Positions 12,950 to 23,877 of a DNA stretch of 64,000 nt are shown here, one piece after another. A program made the translations under genes and the position numbers. The stretch comes from Chiloscyllium plagiosum. Its lineage: Eukaryota. The DNA lies in assembly GCF_004010195.1 (NCBI RefSeq), contig NC_057753.1, positions 14,910,651-14,974,650 on the forward strand. The letters run 5' to 3'. The notes beneath the pieces were generated by a model. It was not told the DNA's origin. It did not search any database and worked only from the letters and a program-made list of their open reading frames with translations. Within the stretch, counting starts at the first letter, position 1, and each line of letters starts with the position of its first letter.

Positions 12950-14530
12950 CTGACCCTCCGACAGCGCCAGCGCTGAGGGAGAGGCCGCTGTCGGAGGGTC
13001 AACGCTGAGGGAGTGGCCGCTGTCGGAGGGTCAGTGCTGAGGGAGTGGGCACTGTCGGAGGGTCATTGCTGAGGGAGTGGGCTCTGTCGGAGGGTCAGTG
13101 CTGAGGGAGTGGGCTCTGTCGGAGGGTCAGTGCTGAGGGAGTGGGCACTGTCGGAGGGTCACTGTCGGAGGGTCAGTGCTGAGGGAGCGGGCGCTGTCGG
13201 AGGGTCAGTGCTGACGGAGCACCGTGCTGTCGGAGGGTCAGTGCTGAGGGAGCGGGCGCTGTCGGAGGGTCAGTGCTGACGGAGCACCGTGCTGTCGGAG
13301 GGTCAGTGCTGAGGGAGCGGGCGCTGTCGGAGGGTCAGTGCTGACGGAGCACCGTGCTGTCGGAGGGTCAGTGCTGAGGGAGCGGGCGCTGTCGGAGGGT
13401 CAGTGCTGACGGAGCACCGTGCTGTCGGAGGGTCAGTGCTGAGGGAGCGGGCGCTGTCGGAGGGTCAGTGCTGACGGAGCACCGTGCTGTCGGAGGGTCA
13501 GTGCTGAGGGAGCGGGCGCTGTCGGAGGGTCAGTGCTGACGGAGCACCGTGCTGTCGGAGGGTCAGTGCTGAGGGAGCGGGCGCTGTCGGAGGGTCAGTG
13601 CTGACGGAGCACCGTGCTGTCGGAGGGTCAGTGCTGAGGGAGCGGGCGCTGTCGGAGGGTCAGTGCTGACGGAGCACCGTGCTGTCGGAGGGTCAGTGCT
13701 GAGGGAGCGGGCGCTGTCGGAGGGTCAGTGCTGACGGAGCACCGTGCTGTCGGAGGGTCAGTGCTGAGGGAGCGGGCGCTGTCGGAGGGTCAGTGCTGAC
13801 GGAGCACCGTGCTGTCGGAGGGTCAGTGCTGAGGGAGCGGGCGCTGTCGGAGGGTCAGTGCTGACGGAGCACCGTGCTGTCGGAGGGTCAGTGCTGAGGG
13901 AGCGGGCGCTGTCGGAGGGTCAGTGCTGACGGAGCACCGTGCTGTCGGAGGGTCAGTGCTGAGGGAGCGGGCGCTGTCGGAGGGTCAGTGCTGACGGAGC
14001 ACCGTGCTGTCGGAGGGTCAGTGCTGAGGGAGCGGGCGCTGTCGGAGGGTCAGTGCTGACGGAGCACCGCACTGTCGGAGGGTCAGTGCTGAGGGAGCGG
14101 GCGCTGTCGGAGGGTCAGTGCTGACGGAGCACCGCACTGTCGGAGGGTCAGTGCTGAGGGAGCGGGCGCTGTCGGAGGGTCAGTGCTGACGGAGCACCGC
14201 ACTGTCGGAGGGTCAGTGCTGAGGGAGCGGGCGCTGTCGGAGGGTCAGTGCTGACGGAGCACCGCACTGTCGGAGGGTCAGTGCTGAGGGAGCGGGCGCT
14301 GTCGGAGGGTCAGTGCTGACGGAGCACCGCGCTGTCGGAGGGTCAGTGCTGAGGGAGCGGGCGCTGTCGGAGGGTCAGTGCTGACGGAGCACCGTGCTGT
14401 CGGAGGGTCAGTGCTGAGGGAGCGGGCGCTGTCGGAGGGTCAGTGCTGAGGGAGCGGGCGCTGTCGGAAGGTCAGTGCTGAGGGAGTGGGCACTTTCGGA
14501 GGGTCAGTGCTGAGGGAGCGTCCCGCTGAC
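12950..14530 (+). repeat. Minisatellite of 32/33-bp units forming a 65-bp higher-order dimer
   Basis: Alternating GCTGTCGGAGGGTCAGTGCTGAGGGAGCGGGC and GCTGTCGGAGGGTCAGTGCTGACGGAGCACCGT. The same family appears inverted at 33038-33090. Confidence 0.95.
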
Positions 14531-14820
14531 AGAGGTTGAGCGCCGCTCTGTCACTGACCCTCCTGATGACCATTTGAAATTTGAAACTGTGTCCCTGGCT
14601 GAAGAATTGCCCAGGATGGAAGCTTCCTGTTGCATTCTGACAGCATTACCAGCACAGATCACATTACAAACATCGTCCATTAGCTGTGGTGCTTTGGGAG
14701 GTTCTGAAGTGGTGAAAGGTGCGACAGAAATGCAAGCTGGCCTTATCTGTGACCCAAGCACAGCTTTTGTTTTTATTTGCCTCATTTTGAGTAATCGGGC
14801 CGCTTTAACATCTTTTGCAG

Positions 14821-14926
14821 TATCCTCACGTCAATGTCAGGAAGTCTGCTTACGAAGCAGTTGGCCAGTTCTGCTGTGCCCTTTACAAAGTTGCTCAGGA
14901 AAACCCAACTGACCAAAACTTGGAAG
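14821..14926 (+). CDS. IPO4: Importin-4 exon
   Basis: ttttgcag|...|gtaaga; YPHVNVRKSAYEAVGQFCCALYKVAQENPTDQNLE (human CPHLNVRKAAHEALGQFCCALHK). Confidence 0.95.
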
Positions 14927-16949
14927 GTAAGAGTTTTTTTACCTCAGGGCGGGGGCTCACGTTTCCCAGAAACATGAGGCCTGGGCTCCAACGTTAGTGC
15001 AGGGGCCCAATTGCTCTTCTGTCGTGGTCTCATTATCCCATTCTGTCACGTGGGATTCGTGAGAGAGCTTTTTCCCAGGCTGTGGAACTCTCCGTTACAG
15101 GGAGTGGTTGACAACAGTGTGGCTGTGTTTTAGGGACACCGATGGAGGAAGATGTAGAAGGATATGCTCATGGATTGGGATTAAGAAGGAGTGAAGGGAG
15201 GCTTGTGTGGAGCAGGATCACGTTGTGGGGCAGAGTGGACTGTTTCTGTTCTGTGGACTGTTATTAACCTCAGTATCAGGGTTTTTCTTTTGGTGAAGGA
15301 ATCTTCAATGTTTATCACGGCAAAACATGTCAGTTTCTGTGTTGCGTTTCTTTTTTTTTGACACGTTTCCTTGAATTCCACGTCATTGGTCATTCCCAGA
15401 AACAAACTGTGCAGATCCTTGTGATCCAGAGCATATCCAGTATCCAACTAAATGTAGAAAGGGCCCCTGACTTCCCAAGATGGCTCCTCCTCTGCCTGCC
15501 ACGGCCCAGTGGGAGGATTGTCTGTCTCCCTCAGCTCACGTTTCCCAGGAACGTGAGGCCTGAGCTCCATCGAGCTCAACCAACCGTTGCTGAAGGAGTG
15601 CCGCTCTGTCCCAAGTGTCAGCCTTCAGGGATAAGTTCAAGCATTTACAGCAGAAGAAAAGCAGGAGGCTTGCTCATGCCCTGAAGCCAGTATTTGAACT
15701 TTCAGCCTAACCCCAAAACAGCAGGTGGACTTGTACTGGCAATGTCACTGGGCTGGTTATCCAGGCCCCCAGATGGGAGCGTGCGTTTCAATCCTTCCAT
15801 GGTCAACGCTGACATTTCGATCTGATTTTTAAAATAAAGTCAGGATGTAAAGGGCTATGAATTTTGTCGTAAAAAGCCTATCTGGGTCACTAATACCCCT
15901 CAGGCAAAGAAAGCTGCCATCCTATAAACGGCTGTGGACTGCAGGCTCACTGTCATGTGGCTGCCCCTTAAGTGCTCTCTGAGGTAATTGGGGGTGGACG
16001 ATAAATACAGGCCGAGCCAGTGACACCCACGTGGTGTGAGCTAATTGAAGTATATTGAGTAACGTTTAAGACTCTCTCGAGTATCAAGACGATTGAGGGT
16101 TACGGGGAGAAAGCGGGAGAATGGGGTTGAGAAACCAAGCAGCCATGATTAAATGGCGGAGCTGACTCGGGTGGGCTGAATGGCCTCATTTCGGCTCCTA
16201 TGTCTGAAAAGCAGCATTTGCCCAATTCCTTTCTCGTCATCGCCACCGAGTCTGCTCCAGCACCCTTTTCGGGCAGTTCTGTTCCAGACGCATCGATGCA
16301 TAAAAAGCAAACTCTTCCCATTGCATCTCGAGCTGTTTTACCTGTTGATCCTTTGTTGCCGTCCACTTCTCAACCCTCCTGCAGGAGGGAAGACCCTAAT
16401 ATGTCAGAATTTTTAAGACCTCGACTGAACCCCTCCTTATTCTGCTCCGAGGGGAGATTCCCAGCTTCCCCAGAGTCTTCCCAATATCCCAAGCCCCTCA
16501 TCTCTGGCAGGGTTCCGGGTTATCTGGTTCCGTGCTTTCGCAAGGATGTCCAGCAGTGGACACCAAGATTCTGAGAATCCCGTCTTAAACAGCTTCCTCG
16601 ACTTGTCCTGCTGCTTTCAAAGATTTGTGTAACTACAACCGTCGCTGTCACCGTTCTCCATCAACCACCCCACTGCCCGCCCCCCCACACAATTCGACAG
16701 TTTAGATCACCTCCCAACATTCTGCCTTCCAAAATGGTAATGAGTTTGCACTTTGTGTGTGTGTGTGTGTTAAAGCTCACCGGCCTCTGATTTATTGCCC
16801 TGCTCCCCCCGCGATGTGCTGCTGCCTGCTGTTTTGGAGCTGTGTCGCACTGTGGGTGCACATTGCAGTAATGTTCAGTTTACAGTTTATGGCAGTTGCT
16901 TTCCCTCCACACAGGCAGGCCCACTCACTGCCAGGCCGCCTGTAAGCAT

Positions 16950-17697
16950 AGAGTCCTCACAACAGGCCCTTCGTCCCAGCAACTCCAAACCAACCCTCCG
17001 GAGAGTAACCCATCCAGACCCATTCCCCACACTATTATTCTACACTTACCCCTGACTATTGCAGCAAACCTGCACATCCCTGGGCACGATGGGTAATTTA
17101 GCAAAGCCAATCCACCCTAACCTGCACATCCCTGGGCACGATGGGTAATTTAGCAAAGCCAATCCACCCTAACCTGCACATCCCTGGGCACTATGGGTAA
17201 TTTAGCATGGCCAATCCATCCTTACCTGCACATCCCTGGGCACTATGGGTAATTTAGCACGGCCAATCCACCCTAACCTGCACATCCCTGGGCACTATGG
17301 GTAATTTAGCATGGCCAATCCACCCTAACCTGCACATCGCTGGGCACTATGGGTAATTTAGCACGGCCAATCCACCCTAACCTTCACAAGCCTGGGCACT
17401 ATGGGTAATTTAGCACGGCCAATCCACCCTAACCTTCACATCCCTGGGCACTATGGGTAATTTAGCACAGCCAATCCACCCGAACCTGCACATCCCTGGG
17501 CACTATGGGTAATTTAGCACAGCCAATCCACCCTAACCTGCACATCATTTGACTGTGGGAGGAAACCAGAGCACCCGGAGGAAACCCACGCAGACAATGG
17601 GGGCGAATGTGCAAACTCCACACAGACAGTCCCCCCGAGGTTGGAATCGAACCCGAGTCCCTGCCGCTGTGCGGCAGCAGTGCCAGCCACTGCCGCC
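16950..17697 (-). mobile_element. HE1-type tRNA-derived SINE with an internal 52-bp tandem array
   Basis: SINE head (minus strand) at ~17697-17550. Nine full copies of AACCTGCACATCCCTGGGCACTATGGGTAATTTAGCACGGCCAATCCACCCT-like units at 17067-17534. Confidence 0.88.
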
Positions 17698-18644
17698 CTG
17701 TGCCTGAGGAGATCCGTTTCGACGTGAGGAAGGGGGACAGCTTTTAATTCAGCTACTGCTTCTCCAATGGGTTAAGGAACCAGACGTATTCAAAAAATCC
17801 TCGTGTTTGTAGAGCAGCTGGGATGTATTCATACATCCAGTTCACCACCCGGCGTCCCCACATCCCCCAAATCAAACGCTGGACTTTACCAAACGGTTGT
17901 TGCAACTTGCATTGGAGGAGGGAAACTGGTGGGCTGTCAACAACGAGGGGGGGGGGTTGGGGGTGTTCCGAGGCTCTCCGTTCGCCAGAAGCGTTCCCTC
18001 TGATCACGGCTGACCCGTGTCCTGAACACCATTTACCTTCCTTCGTCCATCACAGAGGCTTGGAGGAAAAGAAAACCAGAGCTCTTTATGTTTAAAAACG
18101 CAGCAAACTTCCTTCTCTGTGGCGTTCAGGATATCAGTCAGATCAGCCGTGGTCCCATGGAAAGCGAGAGGGGCCAAATGGCATTTTGTCTCCTCCATTC
18201 ATGTTTACACATGGCCAACCATCTCCCAGCCATCAACGGTATCAGCTCCCTCATCACACCCAGGTATTCCACAGAAACACAAGAGTCTGGCGGCTGCGGT
18301 GTTGTGGCTGGTTAGCTGGGAGAGTTTGGCAGTGCACAGACTCCCACGTAATCTCTGCTGCTTTAGCTGTGAGCAGTTCCACATTTCTCTGTTTCTGGTG
18401 CTAACTTTTCCACCCTGCGGCGGTAAATTAGAATCAAGAGAGACTTTTGTTGCTTGGTTTCTTTGTTCAGTTTGCTTTGCTTTCTGGTTTTGCTGGGAAG
18501 AGGTTTTCCTGATTGCGCTCTTGCACGGTTCTGGTGTAGTGTACGACCGGGAGCTGTGAATCTCTGTGTGGGGAAGCGTTTGCTGTTTGAAGTCCTGCCC
18601 TCTCTCCTGTGTTCCCCCACCCCACCCACACCCCCGCCCTTAGT

Positions 18645-19600
18645 GAGTTTGAGAAGATTTGTAGCTCAGGTTGAGGTTTTGGATGGAGGCTTGCTCGCTG
18701 AGCTGGAAGGTTCATTCCCAGACGTTTCGTTACCCTACTAGGTAACATCTTCAGTGGGCCTCAGGCGAAGCAATGCTGAAAATTCCTGCTTTCTATTTAT
18801 ATGTTTGGGTTTCTTTGGGTTGGTGATGTCATCTCTGTGGTGATGTTATTTCCTGTGGTGAAGTCACTTCCTGTTCCTTTTCTCAAGGGGTGGTAGATGG
18901 GGTCTAACTCAATGTGTTTGTTGATAGAGTTCCGGTTGGAATTCTAGGAATTCTCGTGCGTGTCTTTGTTTGGCTTGTCCTAGGATGGATGTATTGTCCC
19001 AGTCGAAGTGGTGTCCTTCCTCACCCGTATGTGAGGATACTAGTGAGAGAGGGTCATGTCTTTTTGTGGCATGTTGGTGTTCATGTATCCTGGTGGCTTG
19101 TTTTTAGAACATTATTTCAATGAGCCAACACACACTGCAGCACAGAGGAACTACGCAGAGCAGAGAAAAATCACCTATATCATGTATTCAAAAAGAATGG
19201 GTACCCAATGAACACAGTCCGCCAATTTTTCAGCAACAAACCCAAACGAGCAGATAAAACACGTCCATCGACTGGGACAATACATCCATCCTAGGACAAG
19301 CCAAACAAAGACACACACGAGAATTCCTAGAATTCCAACCGGAACTCTATCAACAAACACATTGAGTTAGACCCCATCTACCACCCCTTGAGAAAAGGAA
19401 CAGGAAGTGACTTCACTACAGGAAATAACATCACCACAGAGATGACATCACCAACCCAAAGAAACCCAAACATATAAATAGAAAGCAGGAATTTTCAGCA
19501 GTGCTTCGCCTGAGGCCCACTGAAGATGTTACCCAGTAGGGTAACGAAATGTCTAAAAATGAACCTTGCAGCTCAGTGAGCAAACCTACATCCAAAGCCC
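18645..19600. mobile_element. Penelope-like element fold-back (inverted pLTR/GIY-YIG 3' ends)
   Basis: Inverted arms at ~18675-19005 and ~19267-19600. Encodes the GIY-YIG C-terminus ('HHFDWDNTSILGQAKQRHAREFLE', 'SNRNSINKHIELDPIY') and an RT-thumb-like 'HLYHVFKKNGYPMNTV'. Confidence 0.88.
18717..18758 (-). ncRNA. Minimal type I hammerhead ribozyme motif in a Penelope pLTR
   Basis: Minus strand CCCA-CTGAAGA-T-GTTACC-TAGTAG-GGTAAC-GAAAC-GTC-TGGG: CUGANGA and GAAA cores, 6-bp stem II, 4-bp stem I, GUC cleavage triplet. Confidence 0.75.
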
Positions 19601-19647
19601 CAGCCCTGTTCCAGACCGTTACCGCGGGTGTCTTTTGTTGCCACCAG

Positions 19648-19841
19648 GTTTCCAGAAGTTGCTCGCCATGGTGTTTCCGAACTACTTGAAAACCATTCAC
19701 GAGGAGAAGGACCGCCTCGTGGTCATGACGATTCTGGAGTCCATGAACAACGTGTTGAAGAACTGCAAAGGGGACACGCTGAAGGAGCCAGGCCGCCTGG
19801 ACGAGATCTGCAAAGCCATCCGCAACGTACTGCAGAAAAAG
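19648..19841 (+). CDS. IPO4: Importin-4 exon
   Basis: cag|...|gtcagc; FQKLLAMVFPNYLKTIHEEKDRLVVMTILESMNNVLKNCKGDTLKEPGRLDEICKAIRNVLQKK. Confidence 0.95.
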
Positions 19842-19899
19842 GTCAGCCCAGAGTCCGCGCGTTCTCTCCCGGTGCCCTCTGCGATGCCTGGTTTTTGAA

Positions 19900-20770
19900 G
19901 ATTAGAGTGGGGGCTGGAAAAGCACAGCCGGTCAGGGCAGCATCCGAGGAGCAGGAAAATCGAGGTTCTGGGCCGGAGCCCTTCGTCAGGAAGGGGGCTG
20001 GGAGTCTAGGAGGTAGAGAGATAAATAGGCTGGGGAGTGGGATTGGGGAGAAGGTAGCTGAGAGTGGATGGAGGTGGGGGTAAAGGTCATAGGTCAGAGA
20101 GGAGGGTGAGCGGATAGGTGGGAAGGAAGATGGATGGGTCATGAGGACGGGGCTGAGCTGGAAGGTTGGAACTGGGGTGAGGTGGGGGAAGGGGAAATGA
20201 GGAAACTGGTGAAGTCCACATTGATGCCCTTGGGTTGAAGTGTTCCGAGGCGGAAGATGAGGCGTTCTTCCTCCATGGTCTGGTGGTGAGGGAGCGGCGG
20301 TGACGGAGGCCCAGGACCTCCATGTCCTCGGCAGAGTGGGAGGGGGAGTTGAAATGTATCCGTCGCTCCCGATGTGGTCTCCTCTACATTGGGGAGACCG
20401 GATGCCTTCTCGCAGAGCGCTTTAGGGAACATCTCCAGGACACCCGCACCAATCAACCCCACCGCCCCATGACCTGTCCTGCCTGTCTATCTTCCTTCCC
20501 ACCTACCCACTCCACCCTCCCCTCTGATGTATCACCTTTACCCCCACCTCCATCCACCTATTGCACTCTCAGCTACCTTCTCCCCAGCCACACCCCCCAC
20601 CCCTCCCTCCCATTTACCTCTCCACCCCGGAAGCTCCCAGCCCCCTTCCTGATGAAGGGCTCCTGCCCGAAACGTCGAATTTCCTGCTCCTCGGATGCTG
20701 CCCGGACCTGCTGTGCTTTTCCAGCACCACACTCTAATCGTGACTCCAATCTCCAGCGTCTGCAGTAGCC
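19900..20770. mobile_element. Second Penelope-like fold-back (different family)
   Basis: Inverted pLTR ends (GCTGGAAAAGCACAGC... / ...GCTGTGCTTTTCCAGC). GIY-YIG fragments 'CGLLYIGETG..LAERFREH' (+) and 'EEERLIFRLGTLQPKGINVDF' (-). Confidence 0.85.
20646..20679 (+). ncRNA. Minimal hammerhead ribozyme motif (PLE-type)
   Basis: TTC-CTGATGA-A-GGGC-TCCT-GCCC-GAAAC-GTC-GAA: intact cores, stem II GGGC/GCCC, stem I TTC/GAA. Confidence 0.7.
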
Positions 20771-20844
20771 ACTCCTGCCTGGTCTTTTGAAGATGTCGTG
20801 TCACTGCCCTTCTTGGTGCTGACTCTGCCCATTGTGTCTTGCAG

Positions 20845-20898
20845 ACAGCTTGCCAAGACCCGGAGAACGACGAGACCGAGTCGGATGAAGAGCAGGAG
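20845..20898 (+). CDS. IPO4: Importin-4 exon
   Basis: ttgcag|...|gtagga; TACQDPENDETESDEEQE (human TACQDTDEEEEEEDDDQ). Confidence 0.92.
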
Positions 20899-21189
20899 GT
20901 AGGAATGCGCAGGTTTGCAAACGTTGAGCAACCGGCAGATGATTCCGTTTTTGAATTCCCGTCGATCCCCATGCCGGCACCTTATGTTACGACTGGCAGC
21001 TGATGTATCTGCTTTGCTTGTACTTATTCAGTATGACACGTCCGCAGTGGTTTTTCTTTGGCTTGTTGGAAACCCCTTCGATTGTGGCTGGTCAAAGCTT
21101 AATGAGTTTACTGGGGTTTCTGGAATTGGAATGACAGTTAGTGACTAGCCTTCACCCGAGGGAGGCTCAGCAACCAGATACCCGACCCA

Positions 21190-21960
21190 CGGTTCCCAGT
21201 GAATAGAGAAAGCGTTCCCTCGTCTTTGTTTGGAATAGGTCCCCCTTCACTTTTAAGCGACCACCCCTTGTTTCTCTCACAAGAGGAAGCATCCTTTTCC
21301 ACGTCCACCCGGTCAAGTCCCCTCACAAATCTTTTACCTGTTTCGACTGAGTCACCTCTGGCTTCTTCCAACCTCCCAGAGGATACAGGCCGAACCCTGT
21401 CTAGGCTTTCCTCATTCCGGGGATGAGTCGCCTAAACCTTCTCTGAACTGCTTCCAACACACTGTACATCCTTCTGTAAGTGAAGTGGCCAGGACAGCAC
21501 ACTGTGCTCCAGATACAGAAACGATAACTTAAGCATTACCTCTTGACTCTTACATTCAACATCCCTCACAACAAAACACCGCATCCTACCAGCTTTCCGA
21601 ATTTCTTGTTACGCCTGCCTCTGTGATTCACACACTGAGACACCCAAATCCCCCTCAATGCCAGTTTTCTACTTACTGCCAGTTTCCCACTTCCCCACAT
21701 TGTATTCCATTTGGCAGATCTCTGCCCACTCGCGGAACCTGTCTCTATCCCTTTGCTGTCTCCTTTACGTGCCCTTCACAACTCCCTTTCCTGGCTACCT
21801 TTTGTGTCATCGGCAACTTTACCTCCCATATTTTCAAACCCTCCGCCCAAATTATTTTCTTTAAGGTGTAAAGAGTTCATGTCCCAGTACTGAGTCCTGT
21901 GACACACCACTCACTCGTGTACAAGATCCACTTATTCCCACTCTCTAGTTCCGGTTAATC
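21190..21960 (-). mobile_element. Degenerate CR1 LINE 3' fragments
   Basis: Minus strand 'RGDSVETGKRFVRGLDRVDVEK' and decayed RT motifs. Confidence 0.65.
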
Positions 21961-21969
21961 GGCCGATCT

Positions 21970-22290
21970 GGGTGGCACGGTGGCTCAGTGGTTAGCACTG
22001 CTGCCTCACAGCACCAGGGACCCAGGTTCGATCCCAGCCGCGGGCAACTGTCTGTGTGGAGTTTGCACATTCTCCCCGTGTCTGTGTGAGTTTCCTCCGG
22101 GTGCTCCGGTTTCCTCCCACAGTCCAACGATGTTCAGGTTAGGTGAATTGCTCTTGCTAAATTGCCCGTAGTGTTAGGTGCATTAGTCAGAGGGAAATGG
22201 TGTCTGGGTGGGTTACTCTTCGGAGGGTCAGTGTGGACTTGTTGGGCTGAAGGGCCTGTTTCCACACTCTACGGAATCTAAACTAATCTT
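21970..22290 (+). mobile_element. HE1-type tRNA-derived SINE, near full length
   Basis: GGTGGCACGGTGGCTCAGTGGTTAGCACTGCTGCCTCACAGC...GGTTCGATCCC (A/B-box-like) with a CR1-like tail GGGCCTGTTTCCACACT. Confidence 0.9.
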
Positions 22291-23032
22291 CTGTCCATGC
22301 CAACCTGATGGCGCCCCCTACACCAGGAGCTTATATTTTCCTCAGTGCCTATCACATGCCTTCTGGTAATCTAAGGAAGATACATTGACTGGTTTATCTA
22401 CAGCACAAGTTCAGACCATTAGACATTGGAGCAGAAATGAGACCATTCAGCCCATCGTATCTGCTCCACCATTCAATCATGCTGATAAGTTTCTCATCTC
22501 TATTCTCCCGCTTTCTCCCCATAACCCTTGATACTCAAGAACCTGGCTACCTCAGTCTTAAATATATTCAATGACCTGACCTCCACAGCCTTCTTCAAAG
22601 GACTCCAACAAATTAGTCAACCATGATTTCTCTTTGACAAGACCATATCGGTCTTGAAATTATCCCGGTGCCCAGTAGTAACATCTTCTAACATTTTCCC
22701 TCTGACAGATGTTAAGCCAACCGGCCTGTACTTTCCTGCTTTCTGTCTCTCACCCTTTTTTATTAATAATGGACGTGCAGCAGTTATTTTCCAATTGAAG
22801 GAACCTTGCCTGAGTCTCGTGAGTTTTGGGAAATGACCTGACTCGCTACATCTTTGAGAGGCTGTTCCTCCGGCTTGCGATTGGAACACCGCAGCAGACC
22901 CAGGGCACAACTGTCAGTCTAGGGGCAAGACGGTTCATCGAAATGGTGAGCAACTGGAAGGTCAGGGCCATTCGTCTGGGCAGAGCAGAGGTGCTCCCGC
23001 CTCCCCTACCCCGTCAGTGTTTGATCTCTGCA

Positions 23033-23877
23033 CTAAACGCTGGAACACCCTCCCACCTCACTCCCATCCCTCCTGTGGAGGGAGAGCTCCGACGGCTTGC
23101 CAGTGTTGAGGAGAACGTGGATCAGTGCGTACAGACCAGACTGCTGCAGCACGGGCTCTGGCCCGCGTCGGGAGAGTTTCCAGACGTGCGCAAAGAAGCG
23201 CAGGCTGAGGCGTTCAAAGCAGCTGATGAAGGAGGAGGTCAGTCCCAAGTACGGTAGATCCGGGTAGAGCATGAGTGCGGCAACCAGCCCAGGGAGAAGG
23301 TAGCCTCGCTCAGAGCGGCGTGTTGGTGTGGTGTGGCCAACCTTCAGAGGGTGGCATGATGCCTCTCCTGAGATCGGAGGTTCTGAAGGCAGAGCTGGTG
23401 TGGGAACCTGGTGCAGCGTCTCTGAACTCTCCGCCTGCATCCTCTGACAGAGGAGGTAGCTGCTCGTGACCATGAGCCCCGTGAGCGCGAGGAAGGGATC
23501 TGGCAGGTAGAAACCCCGCAGGCAGCCGAGGCCGTCGAAGGGGTGTTCTCCCAGGCATCGGCGGGCAGGGCGGATGGCATCCGGGTAATAGTGGGCCCCG
23601 TACGAAGTGGCGATGATCCAGCAGAGCAGGGTGTAGACCCCGTTCACCAAGGTTAGCTGGCGCCTGGCAGGAGCTGGCCGGCCGGAGAGCTGGTGCTTGC
23701 CCACGGGCACCACCTGCTGGAGCCTGCTGGCGAAGTGAGTCTCTGCAGCAATCAGAGCCAGGATCAGGAAGGTGACAGCGTTGTACGTCTCATTGAGAAA
23801 GGCAAGGAAGCGGAGCGAGATCACTTCCTGGCCGTTTGTCAGTTGTAGGTCTGTGAACCAGCAGAGGAAGAGGAAGC
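23033..23877 (-). CDS. Nested antisense gene, exon 2: multi-pass membrane protein, GPR160-like orphan receptor candidate
   Basis: Acceptor ttttctgtgccctctttag|GC in phase with exon 1. 845-nt uninterrupted frame with several hydrophobic segments (FLFLCWF; VISLRFLAFLNETYNAVTFLILALIAAE; VYTLLCWIIATSYG; PFLALTGLMVTSSYLL; YLLPGLVAALMLYP). TAG stop at 23033. Family assignment is from recalled similarity only. Confidence 0.75.

Noticed and set aside
21970-22045. tRNA gene
   Set aside because: It is the tRNA-derived head of a SINE that continues into the SINE body and tail.
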